Assembly: GCA_046484865.1 (NCBI GenBank)
Contig: JAWOID010000119.1
Coordinates: 1 to 34,139, forward strand
Direction: 5' to 3'
DNA length: 34,139 nt
Source: Candidatus Krumholzibacteriia bacterium
GTDB lineage: Bacteria; Krumholzibacteriota; Krumholzibacteriia; LZORAL124-64-63
Position numbers and translations under genes: made by a program
Shown: positions 26,625 through 34,139 of the stretch, in pieces
How positions within the stretch are numbered: position 1 is the first letter of the stretch
How the letters are laid out: every line of letters starts with the position of its first letter
The notes under the pieces: generated by a model
Databases searched by the model: none
Told to the model about the DNA's origin: nothing
What the model saw: the letters and a program-made list of their open reading frames with translations, nothing else

Positions 26625-28289
26625 ATGTCCAAGTACCTGAAGATCAAGTCGCCGGCGCAGGGGCAGGCCGAGGAACTGAAGTCCGACTTCGGCATCGAGA
26701 ATCACGGCCTGAAGTACCTGAAGCGGGCCTACTGGAACCTGCCCGCCGAGGCGCTCTACGAGGAGTTCGTCTTCCGGGGCGAGGGGCACATCGTGAACCA
26801 CGGCCCGCTGCTGGTGAACACGGGCAAGTGGAGTGCGCGCGCGGCCAACGACAAGTTCGTGGTCCGCGAGCACGAGACCGAGGAACGGGTGTGGTGGGGC
26901 GAGTACAACCGGCCCATCTCGCCCGAGAAGTTCGCCGGTCTGGTCACCCGCATGCAGGCGTACCTGCAGGGCGAGGAGGTGTTCGTCCAGGACTGCTACG
27001 CGGGCCAGGACCCGGAGCACCGGCTCGCCGTGCGCATCATCACCGAGGACGCCTGGCAGGCCCAGTTCGCCCGCAACATGTTCATCCTGCCGAAGACGCG
27101 CGAGGAGCACCAGCGGTTCGTGCCCGACTTCACGCTGCTCGCCCTGCCGAGCTTCAAGGCCGACCCCATCATCGACGGCACCCGCAGCGAGACGGCGATC
27201 ATCATCAACTTCGCCGAGCGTCTGGCGCTGGTGGCCGGCTCGAGCTATGGCGGCGAGATCAAGAAGTCGATCTTCACGGTCATGAACTTCCTGCTGCCGC
27301 TGAAGGGCGTGCTCTCGATGCACTGCTCGGCCAACCTGGGCAAGCAGGGAGACGTGGCGCTGTTCTTCGGGCTCTCGGGCACCGGCAAGACCACCCTGTC
27401 GGCCGACCCGCGGCGCCAGCTCATCGGCGACGACGAGCACGGCTGGTCCGACACCGGCGTCTTCAACGTCGAGGGCGGCTGCTACGCCAAGGTGATCCGC
27501 CTGTCGCCGGAGTACGAGCCGCAGATCTATGCCACCACCAGCCGCTTCGGCACCATCCTCGAGAACGTGGTGTATGATCCCACCACGCGGAAGCTCGACC
27601 TGGACGACGACCGCCACACCGAGAACACCCGCTCCAGCTACCCGCTGCACTTCGTGCCGGGCGTGCTGGAGGCGGGGTATGCCGAGTCGCACCCGAAGAA
27701 CATCATCCTGCTGACCTGCGACGCGTCGGGCGTGCTGCCGCCGATCGCGCGGCTCACCCCCGAGCAGACCGTCTACCACTTCATCAGCGGCTACACGTCG
27801 AAGATCGCCGGTACCGAGATCGGCCTGGGCATCGAGCCCAAGATCACCTTCAGCGCCTGCTTCGGCGCCCCGTTCATGGTGCACCACCCCTACGTGTACG
27901 CCGACATGCTGCGCCAGAAGATGCAGAAGCACGGCGCCCGCTGCTGGCTGGTGAACACCGGCTGGACGGGCGGACCGTTCGGCGTGGGCAAGCGCATCTC
28001 GATCCATCACACCCGCGCGCTGCTCAACGCGGCGATGGAAGGCCGGCTCGAAGACGTGGAGTACCGCGAGGACCGGCTGTTCGGCTTCTCGGTGCCGAAG
28101 AGCTGTCCGGAGGTGCCGGCGGAAGTGCTCGTTCCCGAGAACACATGGGGCGACAAGGACGAGTACTGGCGGCGGTATGACGGTCTGGCGGCGCGCTTCA
28201 TCGAGAACTTCAAGCTGTTCAAGAGCGGCACGCCGGCGGAGATCGTGGCGGTGGGGCCGCGGAGGATGAAGGATGGGGTGGTGGGGTAG
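26625..28289 (+). CDS. pckA: Phosphoenolpyruvate carboxykinase (ATP)
   Basis: YGGEIKKS, MHCSAN, FFGLSGTGKTTLSADP, LIGDDEHGW, EGGCYAK, TENTR, FSACFGAPF, NTGWTGG. Confidence 0.97.
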   Translation: MSKYLKIKSPAQGQAEELKSDFGIENHGLKYLKRAYWNLPAEALYEEFVFRGEGHIVNHGPLLVNTGKWSARAANDKFVVREHETEERVWWGEYNRPISPEKFAGLVTRMQAYLQGEEVFVQDCYAGQDPEHRLAVRIITEDAWQAQFARNMFILPKTREEHQRFVPDFTLLALPSFKADPIIDGTRSETAIIINFAERLALVAGSSYGGEIKKSIFTVMNFLLPLKGVLSMHCSANLGKQGDVALFFGLSGTGKTTLSADPRRQLIGDDEHGWSDTGVFNVEGGCYAKVIRLSPEYEPQIYATTSRFGTILENVVYDPTTRKLDLDDDRHTENTRSSYPLHFVPGVLEAGYAESHPKNIILLTCDASGVLPPIARLTPEQTVYHFISGYTSKIAGTEIGLGIEPKITFSACFGAPFMVHHPYVYADMLRQKMQKHGARCWLVNTGWTGGPFGVGKRISIHHTRALLNAAMEGRLEDVEYREDRLFGFSVPKSCPEVPAEVLVPENTWGDKDEYWRRYDGLAARFIENFKLFKSGTPAEIVAVGPRRMKDGVVG

Positions 28290-28561
28290 GGGGGCGGCTT
28301 AACCGGGGGCTGGTGAGGCTGCGTGGTGTTCGGGCCTGCTGTTCGCGTGTCGCAAGGATAATAAATTGGGCGGCGGCGCTCGAGTGAGATCGCACCTGAT
28401 CGGTTATCCTTGTCTGTTCGCCTCTCGACTGGTACCCTCCTCGTCGCCCGTCACCACCTCTGGAGGTGGTGATGCCTCGCCCGCCCGATGACTCGGAATT
28501 CGTTCAGTGGAGGGATAGGTGCGCGTGCGCTTAGGTAAAGAAGATCGTTTAGTGACGATAC

Positions 28562-28637
28562 AGTAAACCAAACGCAATAACTCGGACTGGCAATTCCGCT
28601 GCTCGCCTTTGCCAACCGGTTATGTGGAGCGTTATGT
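28562..28637 (+). mobile_element. Solo integron attC recombination site (76 bp)
   Basis: R'' agtaAAC (28562-68), 5 bp, L'' gcaataac (28574-81), inner stems cgg/ccg and tggcaa/ttgcca, L' gttatgt (28619-25), 5 bp, R' GTTatgt (28631-37). R'' deviates from RYYYAAC. Confidence 0.7.
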
Positions 28638-28658
28638 ACACTTGAAACGGAAACGAGC

Positions 28659-29033
28659 ATGACCGCGGGGGAAATTTTGGACACAGCGTGGGCGGTAATT
28701 GGTGCGATCGGCGGTGGCGGCGTCATCATCCGCGGTCTCTGGCTATACCAGGAAGATCTGAGCCAATTACCTTATGAAGAGAGACGGCACAGGTGGGGCA
28801 TATCCTGGCAGATCACGCCGATCGCCCTCACGGAAGCCCTCACCGGTCCCGATCGCGCCGCCGCGCTCGGGGCGGACGTCTGGCGCGTCGCGGGAGCGGC
28901 GCAGGATCCGCGCCGCACTGACCCGGCTCCGGAAGCCCGCAGCGGTCTGCCGTATGTCGCTTGCAGCGGGTCGCCGTCGCACCTTCCGAGAGCCCGAACC
29001 ACCGAAGACTTGGAGGGAGCGCCGGCGGTGTAA
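28659..29033 (+). pseudogene. Chimeric ORF: cassette-gene N-terminus plus duplicated pieces of the VOC gene and the FG-GAP gene
   Basis: MTAGEILDTAWAVIGAIGGGGVII starts 21 bp after attC. 28789-28865 is identical to 30396-30472; 28860-28988 matches 30901-31029 with about 11 mismatches. Confidence 0.75.
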
Positions 29034-29088
29034 GGTTGCCACGGAGCTTCTGTCCGGCCGTCGGTCGGCGGCTTGGCAGGGGGCGGCG

Positions 29089-29676
29089 TCACCGATAAGC
29101 GCGCTTCACGCTCGTCCAGGTCGCGGGCGATACCGCCGTCGACTCGCACAGCGCGATGTTGGCGCTGGTCGCGATCGTGTATGGGCCCTGTGAGTGGTGG
29201 GTGTACCCGCAGATGACCAGCCAGTACTCCTGCCCAGGTGTCAGCGTCACGCCGTCGGTGGCGAAGATGGCGCTCAGCCCGCCTGCGCCGCCATCGTCGT
29301 CGTAGACGACGGCGTTGTCCCCGGAGTGCTCGGGATCGAACGGGTCGCAGTAAAGGATCAGCACGGTGTCCAGCAGGTCGCCCTCGGTGACCTCGATCTC
29401 GATGGAATCGGCGTCGACGACGGTGATGCAGTGGACGTCGTAGTACGTGGGCTCAGTGGCCTGGTACTGCAGCACCAGGTCGCAGTCGAGGCTCACGGCA
29501 CTGTAGTCGCTGGGGAAGCTGCGCAGGAACATCGCGTCGCTCGTCTCCAGGGAGCCGAGGATCTCGAGCCTCGACCTCTCGTTCGGCGCGTCCGCCCGCG
29601 AGTCGACAGCCGGCCCAGGACGGGCCGTAGCCGTGGACACGAGCAGCAAGAGGATGCCGAGAGTCGTCAGTTGCAT
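29089..29676 (-). CDS. Secreted acidic beta-sandwich protein (PPC/DVUA0089-like) with a C-terminal TW-x-x-VK-x-x-YR tail
   Basis: Signal peptide MQLTTLGILLLLVSTATA; DTVLILY...FDP...YDDDGGAGGLS...LTPGQEYWLVI; ends VSPATWTSVKRAYR. ATG 29676 with AGAGG RBS. Confidence 0.75.
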   Translation of the reverse strand: MQLTTLGILLLLVSTATARPGPAVDSRADAPNERSRLEILGSLETSDAMFLRSFPSDYSAVSLDCDLVLQYQATEPTYYDVHCITVVDADSIEIEVTEGDLLDTVLILYCDPFDPEHSGDNAVVYDDDGGAGGLSAIFATDGVTLTPGQEYWLVICGYTHHSQGPYTIATSANIALCESTAVSPATWTSVKRAYR

Positions 29677-30061
29677 GTGGAGACCTCTTTGGGGCGGCCG
29701 CGGGTATTCGCGACCGGCGCTCGCGCGATGAGGTAGGACTATTCTGGCATATCGAGACTTTAGATTCAAATGGTGGCCGGCGATGCGGCATCGTGGCCGG
29801 CGGGCGTATGCGGCGGGCGAGAGGTTGCTTCCCTCGCCCGCGGTGTGTCCGTCCGGTGATGGCCCACAAACGGGGTCGCACAAGTGAAAGGACGTTTTGC
29901 GCTTTCCCCGCCCATCGCCCGCAGCACATCGGTTGACCTGCCTCCGAGGCGGTGCGATTCTCGAGTACCTTGACCCGGACACCTCGCCCGAGGCCATCCG
30001 CCGCGACCGCGAGCACATCGTCGACTCCGGCCAAGGTGGCTCATCTCGATGGAGAAGCGGC

Positions 30062-30547
30062 ATGACGAAGCCCGCGAAGAACACGGTCTGCCTCTGGTAC
30101 GACGGGGGTGCCGAGGAAGCGGCAGGGTTCTATGCCCGGACCTTTCCCGATTCGTCCGTCGTCGCCGTGCACCGCGCGCCGGCAGACTTCCCGTCGGGGA
30201 AGGAAGGGGACGTTTTGACCGTCGAGTTCACCGTGATGGGCATTCCGTGTCTCGGACTCAACGGCGGACCGGCGTTCCAGCACAACGAGGCGTTCTCCTT
30301 CCAGGTCGCGACCGCTGACCAGGCCGAGACGGACCGTTACTGGGACGCCATCGTCGGCAACGGCGGTCGGGAGAGCGCTTGCGGCTGGTGCAAGGACAGG
30401 TGGGGCATATCCTGGCAGATCACGCCGATCGCCCTCACGGAAGCCCTCACCGGTCCCGATCGCGCCGCCGCGAAGCGTGCGTTCGAAGCGATGCTGCAGA
30501 TGTGCAAGATCGACGTCGCCGCGATCGAGGCGGCAAGTCGCGGGTGA
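30062..30547 (+). CDS. VOC family protein (PhnB / 3-demethylubiquinone-9 3-methyltransferase-like)
   Basis: KNTVCLWYD, VLTVEFT, LNGGP, EAFSFQV, CGWCKDRWGISWQITP, KIDVAAIEAA; GGAG RBS. Confidence 0.93.
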   Translation: MTKPAKNTVCLWYDGGAEEAAGFYARTFPDSSVVAVHRAPADFPSGKEGDVLTVEFTVMGIPCLGLNGGPAFQHNEAFSFQVATADQAETDRYWDAIVGNGGRESACGWCKDRWGISWQITPIALTEALTGPDRAAAKRAFEAMLQMCKIDVAAIEAASRG

Positions 30548-30765
30548 CGCTGCAATCCGGAGCGTCCTGGCGGCGTCGTGGTCGGGTGACCCGACCCGGA
30601 GGTCCGCGTCGCCGTCGCCATCGACGCTCGATCCCCCTCCCTTGCGCGTCCTTGGCGCTTCTGGGATAATCGACCGGAGATGAGATCGCCGTCGCGCCCC
30701 GCCGGCGCCGAGCCCCCGGGATCCGGCGTGGCCCCATATATCCATATAGGCAGCATCAGCGCAGC

Positions 30766-31671
30766 ATGAACATGTTCGACGGCTACCCGCGCGCATCTTC
30801 CCGCTCCAATCGCATTGCAAGTCTTTCCGCGCCCGCCCGCGCATACCCGGGGCACGCGAGCGCGCGGTTCGCAACAGTGCTCGCCCTGACTCTCCTCGTC
30901 GCCGCGCTCGGGGCGGACGTCTGGCACGTCGCGGGAGCGGCGCAGGATCCGCGCCGCACCGCCCCGGCGCCGGAGGCCCGGAGCAGTCTGCCGTATGTCG
31001 CCTGCAACGGGTCGCCGTCGTTCCTTCCGCGAATCCGCAGCGTCCGCGGCCATCCGTATGCCCTCGTCGATACCGAGGGAGACGGCTATCCCGAGCTGAT
31101 GCGCAACGACGGCATCGGCGTGACGCTGACCCGTTACCGGGGAGGAGTGCTCGGCATCGCCGCGCGGAGCAATCTGCCACCGGGGTACCTCGACGATGGC
31201 GACGGGTATGCCGAGCTCGGCTCCTGCGATGCCGATGGCGACGGCCGGGACGAGACCGTCGTTATCGGGCCGGCGAGCGACGGCAGCCACTGGCGGCTCT
31301 GGGTCCTCGACGTGGAGGGCCAGCGCGTGCTCGGCGACCTGCGGTTGCCGATCGACCGCGAGCGACGTCCGGACGGGCGGTGGGACGGCAGCTATTCCCT
31401 CGTGGGCTCGATGCGCTTGCCGGGGCGCGACCGTCCCGTCCTCGTGCTGATCTGCACGGTCGGACACGACGTTCACGGCCGCGGCGTGCTCGCCGTGGAC
31501 CCCGCGGCGGGCGAGGTCGTCTGGCGGCGCCGGATGGATGCGCATCTCCTCCCGGTCTACTCGCAGCTGGCGGATGTCGACGGGGACGGCTGGCGCGAGA
31601 TCGTGCTCGGCAGCTCTGCCGTCGACAACCTGCATGGCGAGCAGCTCCATGGCGCGAGCGACGACAGCGGG
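30766..31671 (+). pseudogene. 5' part of a secreted FG-GAP/beta-propeller repeat protein, cut at the GC junction
   Basis: Hydrophobic leader; DTEGDGYPEL, DADGDGRDETV, DVDGDGWREIV and LAVDPAAGEVVWR motifs; continues in frame into unrelated AT-rich sequence. Confidence 0.7.
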
Positions 31672-31896
31672 CTTAATCGATTTGGAAAACGTATAATAGG
31701 TGTTCACCTGCATGATGTTAAAGGTGTAACTGATCATCAGATTCCCGGAACTGGTGATGTGGATTATGCTTTGATCGCACCGTACATTCCATCAACCGCA
31801 CACCTTACCCTTGAAGTAAATCCGAAATTGTCGGTCAATGAATTAACCAAAAGCTTAGTCCATTTAGAAAAATATGGGATTATTGCAAAACTATAA
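31672..31896 (+). pseudogene. 3' end of a sugar-phosphate isomerase/epimerase (xylose isomerase-like TIM barrel)
   Basis: RIIGVHLHDVKG.TDHQIPGTGDVDY...LTLEV, the C-terminal metal-binding motifs of the AP_endonuc_2 family; N-terminal part absent. Confidence 0.8.
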
Positions 31897-31912
31897 TAAT
31901 TTTGGAGAGATT

Positions 31913-32533
31913 ATGTTAAAAATATTTAGAAAACGAAGAAATGTTTTTATTAAACTAATTCATGAACAGGCATCGTTGACATTAGAAGGAATGGATCTTT
32001 TAAAAAAATATCTCTCACGACCCGACGAAATTCTAGCTGATCAATTGACTGCAAAAGAAAAAGAAGCAGACGAATCTCGTCGTATTTTGATTGACGAACT
32101 CAACCACACCTTTATTACCCCTTTTGATCGCGAGGATATTTTTGCATTATCAAGAGCCATTGATGATGTCCTGGATTATGCATACAGTACCATGACCGAA
32201 ATTGTGATTTTCAAAGTTCAACCCACAGAATATATGGTGCGAATCTGTTCCCTTCTTCGAGATGCTTCTTTTGAAATACTAAAAGCAGTGGAATGTCTTC
32301 AGGAACATCCAGGTGTGGCTTCGGAACATGCACAACGTGCCAAAGCCCTTGAAAATCGGGTGGAGACTGTCTATCGGGAAGCACTGGCAGACATGTTCCA
32401 GGAAACTGAAGATGTCAAAACACTGGTTAATATGATGAAGTATCGTGAGGTGTATCGTCATCTAAGCAATGCTGCAGATAGAGGTGATGAAGCGGCAAAC
32501 GTGTTGGCTGACATTGTTGTAAAGACAACTTAA
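31913..32533 (+). CDS. DUF47 family phosphate transport regulator (PhoU-like)
   Basis: EKEADE.RR, TFITPFDREDIFALSRAIDDVLD, LENRVE.VYR, YRHLSNAADR; GGAGA RBS; directly upstream of PiT genes. Confidence 0.93.
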   Translation: MLKIFRKRRNVFIKLIHEQASLTLEGMDLLKKYLSRPDEILADQLTAKEKEADESRRILIDELNHTFITPFDREDIFALSRAIDDVLDYAYSTMTEIVIFKVQPTEYMVRICSLLRDASFEILKAVECLQEHPGVASEHAQRAKALENRVETVYREALADMFQETEDVKTLVNMMKYREVYRHLSNAADRGDEAANVLADIVVKTT

Positions 32534-32542
32534 GGGTAGCTC

Positions 32543-33547
32543 ATGCCGCTTTTATTAATCATTCTAATCATCCTTGCTTTGGTGTTTGACTTTTTGAATG
32601 GTGTCCATGATTCCAGCAATGTGGTCGCTACAATGATTTCGTCGCGTGCAATTCAACCCAGAACTGCATTATTGATGACAGCGGTTGCTAATTTTCTCGG
32701 ACCATTTATATTTGGAGTGGCTGTTGCAACAACAATTGGAAATGATATCGTATCTGGCATGCATATTAATTTGATAGTTTTAATTGCGGCCTGTGTCAGT
32801 GCCATATTCTGGAATGTACTTACCTGGATTCTTGGGATTCCGAGTAGTTCTTCTCACGCAATCATTGGTGGGTTGGTTGGAGCAGTGATGATGGCTGCAG
32901 GATATAAAGTCATTATGATGAAAGGAATCATAAAGGTGCTGATAGCACTGTTTGCTTCCCCCATAATAGGATTCATTGCTGGTATGATAATTGCCAACAT
33001 CATTTATCTTTTTTCCTGGAAAGCGTCTCCCAAAATAAATGGTGTTTTTAAGAAACTTCAGATTATTACGTCTATTGGTTTATCCTTAAGCCATGGTACC
33101 AATGATGCACAAAAGACGATGGGAATCATTACATTAGCTTTGGTTATTTCCGGGATGCAATCTACTTTTGAAGTACCATTCTGGGTTATCGTTATATGTG
33201 CAACTGCTATTGGCATCGGTACAGCAGTAGGTGGGTGGCAATTAATTAAAACCCTTGGCTCAAAATTCTATAAAATCAGACCAGTGCATGGTTTTGCTTC
33301 CCAGGCTACATCAGCAATTGTGATTTTAACTGCCTCATTGCTTGGTGGTCCAGTCAGTACAACCCAGGTAGTCAGTTCCTCCATCATGGGCGTTGGTGCA
33401 GCTGAACGAATGAGTAAAGTCCGGTGGGGTGTAGCAGGTGAAATCGTTATGGCATGGATCATTACTATTCCAGCAACAATGGCTGCAGGAGCTGGATGTT
33501 ACTGGCTATTTAATTCAGCGATACCATTTATTCTTAACCTTTTCTAA
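32543..33547 (+). CDS. Inorganic phosphate transporter (PiT family), copy 1
   Basis: FDFLNGVHDSSNVVAT, GIPSSSSHAIIGG, HGTNDAQKTMG, PVSTTQ, AWIITIP. Confidence 0.95.
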   Translation: MPLLLIILIILALVFDFLNGVHDSSNVVATMISSRAIQPRTALLMTAVANFLGPFIFGVAVATTIGNDIVSGMHINLIVLIAACVSAIFWNVLTWILGIPSSSSHAIIGGLVGAVMMAAGYKVIMMKGIIKVLIALFASPIIGFIAGMIIANIIYLFSWKASPKINGVFKKLQIITSIGLSLSHGTNDAQKTMGIITLALVISGMQSTFEVPFWVIVICATAIGIGTAVGGWQLIKTLGSKFYKIRPVHGFASQATSAIVILTASLLGGPVSTTQVVSSSIMGVGAAERMSKVRWGVAGEIVMAWIITIPATMAAGAGCYWLFNSAIPFILNLF

Positions 33548-33582
33548 TAAGAGAAGTACTTTAAAAATTTAGAAAGTCAATC

Positions 33583-34139
33583 ATGCCTACTTCATTAATT
33601 GTTTTAATTGCTCTTGCTATTGTTTTTGATTTTTTAAATGGTGTTCATGATTCGAGTAACATTGTTGCCACCATGATCTCCTCCAGAGCAATTCAACCTC
33701 GGGTTGCCTTAGCAATGACAGCCGTCGCTGAATTCTCCGGACCATTTATATTTGGTGTAGCTGTTGCCAATACGATTGGATCCGAAATTGTTGCATCAGA
33801 ATTCCTGAATGTTGGAATCATCATTTCAGCTTTGATCAGTGCCATTCTGTGGAATGTAATGACCTGGTTGTTAGGAATACCCAGCAGTTCCTCCCATGCA
33901 CTGATTGGAGGGTTAATTGGAGCAGTAACAGTTGGTGCTGGATTTCAAGCAATTCAAATGGCTGGTGTGACCAAGGTTCTGATCAGTTTGTTCGCCTCAC
34001 CGATTATTGGCCTTTTTGCGGGGATGTTGATTGCCAATATTATTTTTATGCTTTCCTGGAAATCAACACCAAAAGTTAATGGATTATTTAAACGTCTACA
34101 GATTATTACGTCACTCGGGTTGGCTTTGAGCCATGGCAC
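33583..34139 (+). CDS. Inorganic phosphate transporter (PiT family), copy 2, 3'-truncated by the window edge
   Basis: ATG 33583 MPTSLIVLIALAIVFDFLNGVHDSSNIVATMISSR...GIPSSSSHALIGG...LALSHG, open to the end; absent from the ORF track. Confidence 0.93.
   Translation, partial: MPTSLIVLIALAIVFDFLNGVHDSSNIVATMISSRAIQPRVALAMTAVAEFSGPFIFGVAVANTIGSEIVASEFLNVGIIISALISAILWNVMTWLLGIPSSSSHALIGGLIGAVTVGAGFQAIQMAGVTKVLISLFASPIIGLFAGMLIANIIFMLSWKSTPKVNGLFKRLQIITSLGLALSHG

Noticed and set aside
28659..29033. Functional 124-aa gene
   Set aside because: It is a patchwork of a cassette N-terminus and copies of two downstream genes.
28296..31677. ggcttaa at both 28296 and the 31670 junction as att-like direct repeats
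   Set aside because: Only 7 bp, no recombinase, and the enclosed DNA has mostly host-like GC; likely coincidence.
30766..31896. Novel FG-GAP/TIM-barrel fusion protein of 376 aa
   Set aside because: The fusion point coincides with the GC discontinuity and both domains are incomplete; an in-frame join occurs one time in three by chance.

Overview
The window joins two compositionally different blocks. Positions 1 to about 31,670 are high-GC DNA (43/60 G+C in line 31561) from a diderm bacterium. A C-terminal 'ATWTSVKRAYR' tail on one secreted protein suggests, by inference, an FCB-group candidate phylum such as Krumholzibacteriota, Latescibacterota or Eisenbacteria. This block carries a DUF1566 protein, a GT2 glycosyltransferase, glnS, two Omp85/BamA-like proteins, an FAH-family protein, Hsp20, a flippase, a FixJ-like regulator, an AgcS symporter, a TetR-OMF-MFP-RND efflux operon, a polysaccharide deacetylase, DUF1579, an aminotransferase, pckA and a VOC protein. 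From about 31,672 the DNA turns abruptly AT-rich (22/60 G+C in line 31681) in the middle of an ORF. That part carries a TIM-barrel 3' end, DUF47 and two tandem PiT transporters. Signals missed by the ORF track: (i) a HesB/IscA-like selenoprotein with in-frame UGA (GFG-U-GGP) and a SECIS-like hairpin; (ii) a 385-bp MITE-like deleted IS with 26-bp terminal inverted repeats, abutting a truncated second copy; (iii) a solo integron attC site followed by a cassette fragment; (iv) a 38/76-bp palindromic tandem array with a related hairpin about 1.9 kb away; (v) a microhomology-fused partial duplicate of two downstream genes; (vi) a second, partial PiT gene. All calls are by eye; no database search was run.
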